Origin: Clostridia bacterium
Lineage (GTDB): Bacteria > Bacillota > Clostridia > HGM11514
Assembly: GCA_045586685.1 (NCBI GenBank)
Contig: JAZNAU010000020.1
Location: 1-64,000, forward strand
DNA length: 64,000 nt
Direction of reading: 5' to 3'
Shown here piece by piece: positions 19,254 through 29,736 of this stretch (positions within the stretch are counted from its first letter, which is position 1; the number at the start of each line of letters is the position of its first letter). Below the pieces are notes generated by a model. That model did not search any database. It saw only the letters and a list, made by a program, of their open reading frames with translations, and had not been told where the DNA came from. A program made the translations under genes and the position numbers.

Positions 19254-19622
19254 TTAAAGTACCTCCGGTGCCAAAGACAGAATCTTCATGTATTCCTTGT
19301 CTCTCAACTCTCTTGCCACCGGCCCGAAAATACGGGTTCCTCTGGGGTTTTTATCATCTCTGATTACAACGGCTGCATTTTCATCAAAGCGGATATAAGA
19401 TCCGTCTTTACGGTGAACGCCTTTGCGGGTTCTGACGATAACAGCCTTTACAACATCACCTTTTTTTACGACTCCGCCCGGGATTGCCTTCTTAACGCTG
19501 GCAACGATAACATCGCCTACATTCCCGTATCTTCTTTTGGAGCCGCCCAAAACTCTGATACACATAAGCTCCTTGGCGCCGGTGTTGTCAGCGACCCGGA
19601 GTAATGTCTGCTGTTGTACCAT
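19254..19622 (-). CDS. rplN: 50S ribosomal protein L14
   Basis: [19 protein letters not shown]. Confidence 0.98.
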   Translation of the reverse strand: MVQQQTLLRVADNTGAKELMCIRVLGGSKRRYGNVGDVIVASVKKAIPGGVVKKGDVVKAVIVRTRKGVHRKDGSYIRFDENAAVVIRDDKNPRGTRIFGPVARELRDKEYMKILSLAPEVL

Positions 19623-19654
19623 ACTTTATCCTCCTTCCAAATGCGAACTGTGAT

Positions 19655-19909
19655 TTAGCGAGCCTTTTCAACAATTTCAACCAGTCTCCATCTCTTGTTC
19701 TTAGACAGGGGTCTGGTTTCCATAATTTTCACCTTATCACCAATACCGCATTCATTGTTTTCATCATGCGCCTTAAACTTAATGGTGCGCTTAACAACCT
19801 TATTATACAAAGGATGCTTTACTCTATCTGCAATGGCAACGACAATGGTCTTATCCATTTTGTCACTTACCACTTCGCCGATTCTAACCTTTCTTTCTGC
19901 TCTTTCCAT
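19655..19909 (-). CDS. rpsQ: 30S ribosomal protein S17
   Basis: [16 protein letters not shown]. Confidence 0.98.
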   Translation of the reverse strand: MERAERKVRIGEVVSDKMDKTIVVAIADRVKHPLYNKVVKRTIKFKAHDENNECGIGDKVKIMETRPLSKNKRWRLVEIVEKAR

Positions 19910-19928
19910 GGAAATAGCCTCCTTTCAC

Positions 19929-20114
19929 CTATTGACGCTCTCTGAGAATAGTCTTAACGCGAGCAATATCACGCTTTACGTCAACAATTCTCATGGGATT
20001 ATCCAACTGGTTGGTGGCATGCTGAAATCTAAGATTAAACAGCTCGGCCTTTAATTCGGTTTGCTTTACTTCCAATTCCTCAACGGTCAAATCTCTTAAT
20101 TCATTAGCTTTCAT
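19929..20114 (-). CDS. rpmC: 50S ribosomal protein L29
   Basis: [21 protein letters not shown]. Confidence 0.97.
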   Translation of the reverse strand: MKANELRDLTVEELEVKQTELKAELFNLRFQHATNQLDNPMRIVDVKRDIARVKTILRERQ

Positions 20115-20541
20115 CACTATCACCACCTACTTCTTTTTCGCGTGTAACAATCTTACACTTTACAGGAAGCTTATGCATAGCAAGACGCAATGCTTCCCGG
20201 GCAACTTCCTCGGAAACGCCGCCAACTTCAAACATTACACGACCGGGTTTTACAACTGCTACCCAGTACTCAGGAGAACCTTTACCGCTACCCATACGGG
20301 TTTCAGCAGGTTTCTCAGTAACAGGCTTATCCGGGAAAATTTTAATCCAAACCTGACCGCCTCTCTTAGTATAACGGGTCATCGCAATTCTGGCTGCTTC
20401 AATCTGATTACTGGTAATCCAAGCGGGCTCTGTAGCCTGCAGACCAAATTCACCATTGGAAACGAAGTTTCCGCGGGATGCTTTACCCTTCATGCGACCA
20501 CGCATAACTCTGCGGTATTTTACTCTCTTAGGTAATAACAT
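20104..20541 (-). CDS. rplP: 50S ribosomal protein L16
   Basis: [17 protein letters not shown]. Confidence 0.98.
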   Translation of the reverse strand: MLLPKRVKYRRVMRGRMKGKASRGNFVSNGEFGLQATEPAWITSNQIEAARIAMTRYTKRGGQVWIKIFPDKPVTEKPAETRMGSGKGSPEYWVAVVKPGRVMFEVGGVSEEVAREALRLAMHKLPVKCKIVTREKEVGGDSDES

Positions 20542-21207
20542 TTATTTTCCTCCTTCCGCCTTAACTGCCTTTTTATTTTCTGGAAGGACCTCCCCTTTGT
20601 AAATCCATACCTTTACGCCGATTTTACCGTAAGTGGTATTCGCTTCTGCAAAACCGTAATCGATATCTGCACGAAGAGTCTGCAGAGGAATTGTACCTTC
20701 ATGATAATGCTCACTACGAGCAATTTCAGCTCCGCCCAGACGACCGGAACACAGGGTCTTAATACCCTTGGCATTCAGCTTCATTGTACGCTGCATTGCC
20801 TGTTTCATAGCACGTCTGAAGGAAGTTCTCTTTTCCAGCTGTAATGCAATGTTTTCTGCAACCAGCTGTGCATTCATATCCGGTTGCTTCACTTCAACAA
20901 TGTTCAGAGAAACTTCTTTGCCGATTGCCTTTTCTACAGCAGCCTTAATCTTTTCGATTTCAGATCCCTGACGGCCGATGATAAGACCGGGCTTTGCGGC
21001 ATGGATATTGATTCTGATCTTTGCGGATGCTCTTTCAATTTCCAAACGAGCAATTCCGGCCTGATACAGCATTTTCTTGAGTAATTTTCTGATTTTATAA
21101 TCTTCTACAAGATTATCACCATAACTGGTCTTGTCAGCGTACCATTTGGAATCCCAGTCTTTGATAACACCGACTCTCAGACCATGAGGGTTAACTTTCT
21201 GGCCCAT
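20542..21207 (-). CDS. rpsC: 30S ribosomal protein S3
   Basis: [22 protein letters not shown]. Confidence 0.98.
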   Translation of the reverse strand: MGQKVNPHGLRVGVIKDWDSKWYADKTSYGDNLVEDYKIRKLLKKMLYQAGIARLEIERASAKIRINIHAAKPGLIIGRQGSEIEKIKAAVEKAIGKEVSLNIVEVKQPDMNAQLVAENIALQLEKRTSFRRAMKQAMQRTMKLNAKGIKTLCSGRLGGAEIARSEHYHEGTIPLQTLRADIDYGFAEANTTYGKIGVKVWIYKGEVLPENKKAVKAEGGK

Positions 21208-21228
21208 AACTTAGCCTCCCTTTCCTTA

Positions 21229-21564
21229 TTATTCTTTTTCCTTTAACACCAAGGTAATGTGGCTGGTTCTTTTTCTGATTCTGAATGCCCGTCCCTGTGC
21301 TCTGGGTCTGATTCTCTTGAGCGTAGGGCCCTGGTTGGCATAACATTCTGCAACATACAGCTTTTCAATATCCATTTCATGATTGGTTACTGCATTTGCA
21401 ATCGCAGAATTCAACAGCTTTTCCAGTATTTCACTTGCAGCCTTAGGTGTATTCTTTAAGATACCAAGGGCGGTTGCAACGTCCTTGTTTCTGATCATGT
21501 CCAGTACAATCTTCACTTTTCTTGAAGAAATACGAGCATAACTTAATTTTGCTTTTGCTTCCAT
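21229..21564 (-). CDS. rplV: 50S ribosomal protein L22
   Basis: [15 protein letters not shown]. Confidence 0.98.
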   Translation of the reverse strand: MEAKAKLSYARISSRKVKIVLDMIRNKDVATALGILKNTPKAASEILEKLLNSAIANAVTNHEMDIEKLYVAECYANQGPTLKRIRPRAQGRAFRIRKRTSHITLVLKEKE

Positions 21565-21604
21565 GTTAAAACTGCCTCCTTTCACCAAAACTCAGTTTGG
21601 TTGC

Positions 21605-21880
21605 TTATTTCCCGCTTGATTTAGAACCTGCATGACCGCGATATGTTCTTGTGGGAACAAATTCGCCCAGCTTGTGACCAACCATATCTTCAGTCAGATA
21701 TACGGGAACGTGTTTTCTTCCGTCATGAAGTGCGATAGTGTGCCCTACCATATCAGGGAAAATCGTGGATGATCTTGACCAGGATTTCAGCACTCTCTTT
21801 TCGCCGGCTTCATTCATTTCTATAATTCTCTTCAGTAAACGTTCGTCTACATAAGGTCCTTTTTTTACGGATCTGCTCAT
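21605..21880 (-). CDS. rpsS: 30S ribosomal protein S19
   Basis: RSVKKGP..GHKLGEF. Confidence 0.98.
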   Translation of the reverse strand: MSRSVKKGPYVDERLLKRIIEMNEAGEKRVLKSWSRSSTIFPDMVGHTIALHDGRKHVPVYLTEDMVGHKLGEFVPTRTYRGHAGSKSSGK

Positions 21881-21923
21881 TACATTGCCTCCTTCCAAGT
21901 GGAATCACGCACATCGTAACCGA

Positions 21924-22757
21924 TTATTTTGCGTTTCTTCTCTTGACAATAAACTTATCGCTCTTGTTCTTTTTCTTTCTGGTTTTCAAGCCCAGAGCAG
22001 GTTTACCCCAAGGTGTAACAGGGCTGGGTCTTCCGATAGGAGACTTACCTTCACCACCGCCGTGGGGATGGTCATTGGGGTTCATAACAACACCGCGGAC
22101 GGTGGGTCTCCAACCCATATGACGTTTTCTTCCGGCTTTACCGATAGAAATATTTTCGTGTTCCAGATTTCCTACCTGACCGATTGTAGCACGGCAGTTC
22201 ATTCTGATTTTTCTTACTTCACCGGAGGGCAGTCTTACCTGAGCATACTCCCCTTCCTTTGCCATCAACTGAGCTGCATTACCTGCTGCACGAACCAACT
22301 GTCCGCCCTTGCCGGGAGCAAGCTCAATGTTGTGAATCATGGTACCAACAGGAATCTGAGCAATTTCCATTGCGTTACCAGGCTTAATGTCAGCGCCTTC
22401 ACCGCTTAACAGAGTGGTTCCTACAGTCAAACCGTTGGGAGCTAGAATGTAAGCCTTTACTCCGTCTTCGTACTGAATCAGAGCAATGTTTGCGCTTCTG
22501 TTAGGATCGTATTCAATGGTTTGTACCACTGCAGGGATCCCATCCTTGTTTCTTTTAAAATCAATAATTCTATATTTTTTCTTGGCACCGCCGCCTCTGT
22601 GACGAACGGTAATTCTACCATAAGAGTTCCGTCCGGCATGCTTTTTCAAAGATTTAACCAAAGACTTTTCAGGCTTTGAAGCTGTAATTTCTTCAAAGGA
22701 AGAAACGGTCATAAATCTTCTTGCCGGGGAGGTAGGATTAAATTTCTTTAATGCCAT
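21924..22757 (-). CDS. rplB: 50S ribosomal protein L2
   Basis: [21 protein letters not shown]. Confidence 0.98.
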   Translation of the reverse strand: MALKKFNPTSPARRFMTVSSFEEITASKPEKSLVKSLKKHAGRNSYGRITVRHRGGGAKKKYRIIDFKRNKDGIPAVVQTIEYDPNRSANIALIQYEDGVKAYILAPNGLTVGTTLLSGEGADIKPGNAMEIAQIPVGTMIHNIELAPGKGGQLVRAAGNAAQLMAKEGEYAQVRLPSGEVRKIRMNCRATIGQVGNLEHENISIGKAGRKRHMGWRPTVRGVVMNPNDHPHGGGEGKSPIGRPSPVTPWGKPALGLKTRKKKNKSDKFIVKRRNAK

Positions 22758-22794
22758 CCTGAATTCTCCTCACTTTCCGTATCTGTTTGGGGAC

Positions 22795-23088
22795 TTAAGC
22801 CATCCCTTCAAAAAATTCAATGGTTTTACTGGTTTCAGTCAATTTTACAATGGCTTTCTTCCAGTCAGGTCTTTTCCCAACGTGAACGCCCATTCTCTTG
22901 TACTTACCGACAACGTTCATGGTGGTTACGTTCTCAACTTCTACTTTAAACAGTTGTTCAACAGCCTGTTTGATTTCGATTTTGTTTGCCCCTTTGGCAA
23001 CTTGGAACGTATATTTTCTATCCTGCATGTTTTCCATACTGGATTCAGACACGATAGGTCTGATGATTACGTCGTATGCACTTTTCAT
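22795..23088 (-). CDS. rplW: 50S ribosomal protein L23
   Basis: ANKIEIK..WKKAIV. Confidence 0.97.
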   Translation of the reverse strand: MKSAYDVIIRPIVSESSMENMQDRKYTFQVAKGANKIEIKQAVEQLFKVEVENVTTMNVVGKYKRMGVHVGKRPDWKKAIVKLTETSKTIEFFEGMA

Positions 23089-23711
23089 TATGCGTACACC
23101 TCCTCAATCTTGGCAATAGCATCCTTGGATACGATTACCTTATCACTGTTGAGAACATCATAGGTGTTCAGAGCAGTTGCAAAGGTGGTTGCAGCAGTGG
23201 GGATATTGCGGGCGGACAGTACAACGTTATCATCCTTATCACAGGTAATAATCAACGCTTTTCCTTCCACCTTCAATGCGTCCAGCATGCTAACAATCTG
23301 CTTGGTTTTAATCTGATCAAAACCGAACTGATCTACAACAATCATGCTCTCATCTGCAACCTTCGCACTCAGTGCAGATTTCAGAGCTGCTCTCTTCAGC
23401 TTTTTGTTCAAAGCATAACGGTAGCTTCTGGGCTTGGGACCGAGGGCAACGCCGCCACCTGTCCATTGAGGAGCCCGAATGCTTCCCTGTCTTGCACGGC
23501 CTGTACCTTTTTGTCTCCAAGGCTTAATGCCGCCGCCACTTACTTCTGTTCTTGTTTTGGTGCTCTGGGTACCTTGTCTTTGGTTTGCCAGATAATTTTT
23601 AACAACTTCATGCAAAGCATAACCATTTACTTCCTGACCAAAAATCGCATCATTCAGCTCGATTTCCCCTACTGTTGCACCGCTTACATTATATAAAGCC
23701 ACTTTAGGCAT
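23088..23711 (-). CDS. rplD: 50S ribosomal protein L4
   Basis: [14 protein letters not shown]. Confidence 0.98.
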   Translation of the reverse strand: MPKVALYNVSGATVGEIELNDAIFGQEVNGYALHEVVKNYLANQRQGTQSTKTRTEVSGGGIKPWRQKGTGRARQGSIRAPQWTGGGVALGPKPRSYRYALNKKLKRAALKSALSAKVADESMIVVDQFGFDQIKTKQIVSMLDALKVEGKALIITCDKDDNVVLSARNIPTAATTFATALNTYDVLNSDKVIVSKDAIAKIEEVYA

Positions 23712-23734
23712 GGAACTTCCTCCTTTCTAACTGC

Positions 23735-24370
23735 TTATTTCCCGCTCTTCACGGTATTCTTTATCGTGATAATTCCGCCCTTAGGACCGGGAACCGCTCC
23801 CTTGACCAGAATCAGATTCTTGTCTGTATCGACCTTTACGACATCCAGGTTCTGAACAGTTACCTTTTCTACACCGAAGTGTCCGGGCAGTTTCTTGCCT
23901 TTCATAACTCTTCCAGGGTAGGAGCAGGCACCCATGGAACCAACGCCTCTGTGATAACCGGAACCGTGAGACATAGGGCCTCTGTGAGTTCCCCAACGCT
24001 TAATGGTACCGGAAAAACCGTGACCCTTAGAAATACCGGTAACGTCAACACGATCTCCTTGGGCAAATACATCTGCCTTCAGTTCGTCACCAACGTTCAT
24101 TTCTGCTGCGTTGTCCAGTTTGAATTCCTTCAAAACCTTTTTGTAAGCTACGCCGTTCTTGTCAAAGTGACCTTTCATAGGCTTGTTCAGCTTCTTTGCA
24201 TCAACATCGCAGAAGCCAATCTGAACTGCGCTGTAGCCATCCTTTTCTACTTCTTTCTTTTGCACTACTGTGCAGGGACCTGCTTCAATTACGGTAACCG
24301 GAATCAATCTTCCGTCTTCCAGAAAAAGCTGCGTCATCCCAATTTTCTTACCGATGATTGCTTTTTGCAT
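23735..24370 (-). CDS. rplC: 50S ribosomal protein L3
   Basis: KIGMTQ..KGAVPG. Confidence 0.98.
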   Translation of the reverse strand: MQKAIIGKKIGMTQLFLEDGRLIPVTVIEAGPCTVVQKKEVEKDGYSAVQIGFCDVDAKKLNKPMKGHFDKNGVAYKKVLKEFKLDNAAEMNVGDELKADVFAQGDRVDVTGISKGHGFSGTIKRWGTHRGPMSHGSGYHRGVGSMGACSYPGRVMKGKKLPGHFGVEKVTVQNLDVVKVDTDKNLILVKGAVPGPKGGIITIKNTVKSGK

Positions 24371-24448
24371 CCTTTCTTACCTCCTATTGGTTATTGGTTG
24401 ACCGTTACGGCCAACATGACCTGCCGTCCTTCTGACGGCCAAAGTGCC

Positions 24449-24763
24449 TTACAGCTTGATTTCAATATCAACGCCTGCAGGCAGATCAAACTTGGTTAAT
24501 GCATCTACTGTTTTTGCAGTAGGAAGCAGAATGTCGATCAAACGCTTGTGGGTTCTCAATTCAAACTGCTCACGGGAATCTTTGTACTTATGAACTGCTC
24601 TCAAGATTGTAACAACCTCTTTGCGAGTGGGCAGGGGGATGGGTCCGGAAACCTTTGCACCGGTTCTCTCCGCTGTTTCCACGATACGTTCTGCGGTCTG
24701 ATCCAACAGAGCATGGTCATAAGCCTTGATTCTGATTCTGATTTTGTCCTTTACTGCTGCCAT
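24449..24763 (-). CDS. rpsJ: 30S ribosomal protein S10
   Basis: [22 protein letters not shown]. Confidence 0.98.
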   Translation of the reverse strand: MAAVKDKIRIRIKAYDHALLDQTAERIVETAERTGAKVSGPIPLPTRKEVVTILRAVHKYKDSREQFELRTHKRLIDILLPTAKTVDALTKFDLPAGVDIEIKL

Positions 24764-25016
24764 CTGTTTCGCCTCCTATTCATAATGTTTGGTTACGCAT
24801 AACAGCCGAACATCTGTACACTGTGCCGGGTGTATCCCGACACCCTATCATAAAACCCACATCATGTGGGCAACTTTTTACGCAAACACCAAAGATCCGT
24901 CTTACCGTGTGGACTTGAATACAAATCAATCATATTCAGTATCCCCGAAACTGACAAATCCGCAAAAAAATTGCTGTTGTGTTACGTCCATAGGTTATTA
25001 AAACCTGTGTACAGTG

Positions 25017-25112
25017 ACTTGCGCCCGGTTTTCAAAATCGGACAATCTCCACGGAAAAACCTACATATTCTATGTAGCAACCTCCCGTTTCATCGTATGC
25101 CATACGTCACAC
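25017..25112 (-). ncRNA. Candidate rpsJ (S10) ribosomal leader RNA within a ~350-nt 5' UTR
   Basis: GAUGAAACGGGAGGUUGC-CUACAUA/UAUGUAG stem-CCGUGGAGAUUGUCCG..CGGGCG, just downstream of the promoter; resembles Firmicute rpsJ leaders. Confidence 0.6.
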
Positions 25113-25120
25113 ACCTAATT

Positions 25121-25149
25121 ATTTTACAGTAAAATCACGATAATGTCAA
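25121..25149 (-). promoter_or_regulatory. Sigma-A promoter of the S10 operon
   Basis: TTGACA-17 bp-TAAAAT on the minus strand. Confidence 0.8.
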
Positions 25150-25383
25150 GCTTTTTTTTGAAATTTTTTTCAATTTTTTATTTCTTATCAAATTTAACCA
25201 AAAAATTGATTCTATTTGTAAATTCCATGACACAATAAACAATAAACTTTTTATAGATCCATTTTTTCTCATTTTTCCCTTATTATACTGCCCGTTTTTG
25301 TATAGTTGCAATTTTTTTGTATATTTTTTTATTACAGACTTATACTAATCATGTAATTCAAATTTATCAAAGGAGATTTTAAA

Positions 25384-25518
25384 ATGAAAAATCAAAACAA
25401 CAACCAAAACAACCAGCAGAATAAGAACAACAAACAAAATAATCAGCAAAACAATCAGCAGAACAAAAACAACGACCAGCAAAATAAGAACGACAGACAG
25501 GACAACAATAATTTCTAA
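25384..25518 (+). CDS. 44-aa Asn/Gln-rich small protein (candidate spore protein)
   Basis: MKNQNNNQNNQQNKNNKQNNQQNNQQNKNNDQQNKNDRQDNNNF; AAGGAG RBS; followed by a terminator. Confidence 0.7.
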   Translation: MKNQNNNQNNQQNKNNKQNNQQNNQQNKNNDQQNKNDRQDNNNF

Positions 25519-25526
25519 TTTTTTTA

Positions 25527-25563
25527 TAAAAATAATGCCTCTCAAACAGGAGGCATTATTTTT
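25527..25563. terminator. Bidirectional intrinsic terminator
   Basis: AAAATAATGCCTC..GAGGCATTATTTT between convergent genes. Confidence 0.8.
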
Positions 25564-25566
25564 ATA

Positions 25567-26400
25567 TTACATCAAATCCTTTACACATAGTTCCAGAGGC
25601 AACCCTTCACGAAAAGGATTGCCTTGCTTTTTTGCAAGAAAAATATTTCGATACACAAATTCCGAAGCATATTGCAAACAATTTTCCTGACTTTCTTCCT
25701 TTAATAAATAGGAAAGAAACACAGATGCAAACGCATCCCCTGCTCCAGGATATTCTCCATATACTTCTTTGCTTCCGAAACAAAAGCTTTTTCCTTTTCT
25801 TTTATCATACAGCACAGAAAAAACTTTTCCCTCTTCTTCTTTTAAATGAACTCCTGTTAAAACACAGCAGGAAGGTCCAAAATCACAAAGCCGTTTTGCC
25901 CATTGTTCTGCCTGAGATTTTGTTAAGCTTTCTAAAGCAGACTGTTCCAATAAATATGCACCTTCCGTTAAGTTTGGTGTAATCAGCTCTGCCTTTGATA
26001 TTAAGTGTCGCATTTGGTTGACCAAAGAGGGAGTAACGGTGGAGTAAAGAACTCCGTTATCACCCAATACGGGATCCACCAATACAGTTCCTTTTCCAAA
26101 GGCTTCGATATATTCCTCCACCAAACCACATTGCTCAGCGCTTCCTAAAAACCCGCTGTATATCCCGTCAAATTCCAGATTCAAATTCTTATAATGCCGC
26201 AAGTTGTCTTTCATAAAATCTGTCATATCCTGAAATGCAAAATCGGTAAATCCGCCCGTATGAGTAGAAAGAACCGCAGTAGGAACGGGACAAACCTGTA
26301 TTCCTAGGGAGGACATAACAGGAATAACAACCGTCAGTGCACACCGACCAAATCCGGACAAATCATGAAGTGCCAGCACTCTTGGAATTTCACCACTCAT
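25567..26400 (-). CDS. pdxK: Pyridoxal/pyridoxamine kinase
   Basis: HDLSGFGRCAL, LSTHTGG, VDPVLGDNG, ITPNLTE, PGAGDAF. Confidence 0.9.
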   Translation of the reverse strand: MSGEIPRVLALHDLSGFGRCALTVVIPVMSSLGIQVCPVPTAVLSTHTGGFTDFAFQDMTDFMKDNLRHYKNLNLEFDGIYSGFLGSAEQCGLVEEYIEAFGKGTVLVDPVLGDNGVLYSTVTPSLVNQMRHLISKAELITPNLTEGAYLLEQSALESLTKSQAEQWAKRLCDFGPSCCVLTGVHLKEEEGKVFSVLYDKRKGKSFCFGSKEVYGEYPGAGDAFASVFLSYLLKEESQENCLQYASEFVYRNIFLAKKQGNPFREGLPLELCVKDLM

Positions 26401-27544
26401 GAACATCCCTCCTATAGGGCGGTTTAGGCCCAAAATATTGATAACAGTCGCATTTAATCATACCATTATAAATTTTTCTCTTTTTATCCGCTTTTTTTCC
26501 GTAGAACTGCTCAAATTCTTCGTCTGATGTCAAAATATATTGAGACCAGGTGGGACATTGCCCAAACTGTTTCCCCATTATTTTATAAAGTCTGCGAGCA
26601 TCCTTTAAATCTCCCAACCGTTCACCGTAGGGCGGATTGCATACAATCACACCATATTCCTCCGATTGGCGAAATCCGCAAACATCACGTAGCTGAATGG
26701 AGACCAAATCCTCCACTCCGGCTCTAATTGCATTTTCTTTTGACAAGGAAACACAAGCAGGGTCCACATCATAGCCAAAAATAACAGGTTTTCTATCCCG
26801 TCGCATCAAATCTTTTGCCTCTTCTTTTGCCTGTTTCCAAAGATTTCTGTCCACCTGAGAAAATTTTTCTCCCGCAAAGACACGGTTTAATCCCGGAGCG
26901 TGGTTGATTGCTATCAGCGCCGCCTCTATAGGAAAGGTTCCGGACCCGCAAAAAGGGTCTGCAAAGGGACGGTTTTCATGCCAAACGCTTAATTGCAATA
27001 ATGCCGCCGCTACCGTTTCACGCAAGGGGGCATCGTTGGATTTCAATCGATATCCTCTTTTATGAAGGCCGGGTCCGCTGGTATCCAGCATCATGGTAAC
27101 CTGATCCTTAATAATACTGAACTGAATCTGATAGGTTGCGCCCTGCTCATCAAACCAATCCACATGATATTTTTCTTTTAATCGTTCTACAATACTCTTT
27201 TTTAAAATAGACTGACAATCCGACACACTGAATAACGTGGATTTCAGGGTGAAACCTTTGACGGGAAATGCAACATGTTTGGTAATCCATTTTTCCCAGG
27301 GCAATGCCTTGTTTTTTTCAAACAACTCTTCAAAGGTGGTTGCCCGAAATTCGCCTATTTTAATCAACACCCGTTCCCCTGTTCGTAGCCAAAGGTTGGC
27401 ACGACAAACCGCCATGGCGTCTCCTAAAAAAGTAACACGACCATCCTCCGTACGAATCACTTCATATCCTAAGGCTTTAATTTCTTTTGCTGTCACTGCC
27501 TCAATCCCGAACAGAGTGGGCACAATGAGTTCAAACTGCTCCAT
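26390..27544 (-). CDS. THUMP-domain class I SAM-dependent RNA methyltransferase (RlmL/YpsC-like)
   Basis: LHKRGYR, DPFCGSGT, NPPYGER. Confidence 0.92.
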   Translation of the reverse strand: MEQFELIVPTLFGIEAVTAKEIKALGYEVIRTEDGRVTFLGDAMAVCRANLWLRTGERVLIKIGEFRATTFEELFEKNKALPWEKWITKHVAFPVKGFTLKSTLFSVSDCQSILKKSIVERLKEKYHVDWFDEQGATYQIQFSIIKDQVTMMLDTSGPGLHKRGYRLKSNDAPLRETVAAALLQLSVWHENRPFADPFCGSGTFPIEAALIAINHAPGLNRVFAGEKFSQVDRNLWKQAKEEAKDLMRRDRKPVIFGYDVDPACVSLSKENAIRAGVEDLVSIQLRDVCGFRQSEEYGVIVCNPPYGERLGDLKDARRLYKIMGKQFGQCPTWSQYILTSDEEFEQFYGKKADKKRKIYNGMIKCDCYQYFGPKPPYRRDVHEW

Positions 27545-27556
27545 ACTTTCTCCTTT

Positions 27557-29734
27557 TTATTGCTTCAACTTTGCCAAAGCATCTGCAAGGGCACTGTTAA
27601 AGGGCTCTTGCTCTTTTTTATCTTGCTTATTCAAATATTTGGAAATCTCCCGTTTGGAAAGTTTACTGCTATTTTCGGCCAATTTTTTATTAAAGCTTTC
27701 AAAATTTTCACGGAATCCGCATTTGCAAGCATATATTTTCTTTCCGTCCGCTCCACGTACTTCCAATTTTTTATGACATTGGGGACAACGGGCATTACTC
27801 GAGCGGCTGATCGTCTGCCGATAGCCACATTCCGTATTTTTACAAACATATTGTTTTCCGTGTTTTCCGTTGACCTCCAGTAAAAACTCGCCACAATCAG
27901 GGCATCTGTTTCTGGTTTGGTTATCGTGCCGATAAATCACATCGCTTGTAATGACATTCCTCACCAAATCCTTGGAATACTGCCTCATCTCAGCAATAAA
28001 TTCCTTCGATTTTGCCTGTCCTTTACTAATTGCGGTTAATTGCTGTTCCCATTTTCCTGTCAGCTCCGCAGAACGAAGCTCGGGAGGAACAATAGAAATT
28101 AACTGAATCCCTTTTGAGGTTGGGAAAATTTCTTTCCCTTGCAATTCAATGTAATTGACAGAAAACAGTTTTTCAATAATATCCGCACGGGTAGCAGGTG
28201 TTCCCAATCCACCTGTGGTGTTGATTACTTCACGCATCGCCTGATTGGTTATTGTTTTTCCGGCAAATTCCATGGCTGTCAGCAATGTACCTTCGGTATA
28301 ACGGGAAGGGGGCGGTGTTTTGCCTTTTTTAATGTCCAGCTTAGTGACTTTCAACAAGTCCCCCAACGCAAGCTTTGGAAGGTTTTGGCTTCGTTCTTCG
28401 TCGCCATCCTCCTCATCTTCTAAATCCATTCCCTCATAGGCTGCCTTCCAACCCTTAGAAAGCACCGTTTTCCCTCGAGCGGTAAACAGTTCCCCACTGA
28501 TATCCCCTTCCAAGGTAGTTTGTTCATAAGAAAAAGGTGTGCTGAGAGCGGCAAGAAAGCGTTTTACCACCAAAACATAAATATGCTTTTCTTCCGAAGA
28601 AAGGGCGCTTAAATCCAAATATTGCTCAGTGGGGATAATAGCATGATGGTCTGATACTTTCGAGTCATCCACCACTCTTTTCCCCGGAGTTAAAGGTGCT
28701 TTTAACAATTCTTTTGCAATAGGAAAAGCACCTGATATGGCTTTTAACCGCTGACCTAAAGTGGGAACAATATCCTGACTTAAATATCGAGAATCTGTTC
28801 TTGGGTAGGTCAGCACCTTGTGTGTTTCATAAAGCCGTTGCATTAGATTTAATGTTTTTTTTGCAGAATACCCGTACTGCTTGTTCGCATCTCTCTGAAG
28901 CTCCGTTAAATCATACAATAAGGGTATAGGCAGTTGTTTGGCTTGCTTTTTGATATTGGTAATTTTCAACGGTTTTCCGCTAATTTTCTGCCGAATTTCT
29001 TCCAGTTTTCCGAGGCTAAAAACCCGACCATTACCCGTTTCTCTGTCTTTCCAAGAGAAATTCACACCTTCCGCCTTCGCAGACATGGTTTCAAATTCCT
29101 TGGGAACAAACCGTTTAATCTCCTCTTCCCTGTCAACAATCATTGCCAAGGTGGGGGTCTGCACCCGACCGGCAGACAACTGAGCATTATGTTTGCAAGT
29201 CAATGCCCTTGTTACATTCAAACCAACCAGCCAATCCGCCTCTGCCCGACTTTTGGCAGACTGATACAGATTTTCATAGTCTTTTCCTGGTTTCAAATTG
29301 GCAAACCCTTCCCGAATTGCCTGATCTGTCTGGGAAGAAATCCAAAGACGCTTAATCGGTTTTTTACAAGTTGCTTTTTCAATTATCCAACGAGCAACCA
29401 GTTCCCCTTCCCGTCCGGCATCTGTTGCAATGACCACCTCATCTACCTCATCGGAACGAAGCAGTTCCTTTACAATTTTAAATTGCTTGGCAGTATTTTT
29501 AATCACCACCAGCTTCATCTTTTCCGGCATCATGGGAAGAGTATCCAGACTCCATTTTTTATATTGTTCTCCGTAAGCATCAGGGTCGGCAAGAGTAACC
29601 AAATGGCCAAAGGACCAGGTAACAATATATTGTCCCCCCGTCATATAGCCTTCTCTTCCTTGTTTACAACCCAACACCCGCGCCAGTTCTTTTCCGACGG
29701 AGGGTTTTTCTGCAATAACTAATTGTTTTCCCAT
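27557..29734 (-). CDS. topB: DNA topoisomerase III
   Basis: IAEKPS, ATDAGREGE, GRVQTPTL, TYPRTDS; C-terminal zinc ribbons. Confidence 0.93.
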   Translation of the reverse strand: MGKQLVIAEKPSVGKELARVLGCKQGREGYMTGGQYIVTWSFGHLVTLADPDAYGEQYKKWSLDTLPMMPEKMKLVVIKNTAKQFKIVKELLRSDEVDEVVIATDAGREGELVARWIIEKATCKKPIKRLWISSQTDQAIREGFANLKPGKDYENLYQSAKSRAEADWLVGLNVTRALTCKHNAQLSAGRVQTPTLAMIVDREEEIKRFVPKEFETMSAKAEGVNFSWKDRETGNGRVFSLGKLEEIRQKISGKPLKITNIKKQAKQLPIPLLYDLTELQRDANKQYGYSAKKTLNLMQRLYETHKVLTYPRTDSRYLSQDIVPTLGQRLKAISGAFPIAKELLKAPLTPGKRVVDDSKVSDHHAIIPTEQYLDLSALSSEEKHIYVLVVKRFLAALSTPFSYEQTTLEGDISGELFTARGKTVLSKGWKAAYEGMDLEDEEDGDEERSQNLPKLALGDLLKVTKLDIKKGKTPPPSRYTEGTLLTAMEFAGKTITNQAMREVINTTGGLGTPATRADIIEKLFSVNYIELQGKEIFPTSKGIQLISIVPPELRSAELTGKWEQQLTAISKGQAKSKEFIAEMRQYSKDLVRNVITSDVIYRHDNQTRNRCPDCGEFLLEVNGKHGKQYVCKNTECGYRQTISRSSNARCPQCHKKLEVRGADGKKIYACKCGFRENFESFNKKLAENSSKLSKREISKYLNKQDKKEQEPFNSALADALAKLKQ

Positions 29735-29736
29735 TT

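Noticed and set aside
25345-25545. 66-aa very hydrophobic minus-strand ORF
   Set aside because: Antisense shadow of the N/Q-rich plus-strand ORF, which has the RBS, promoter and terminator.
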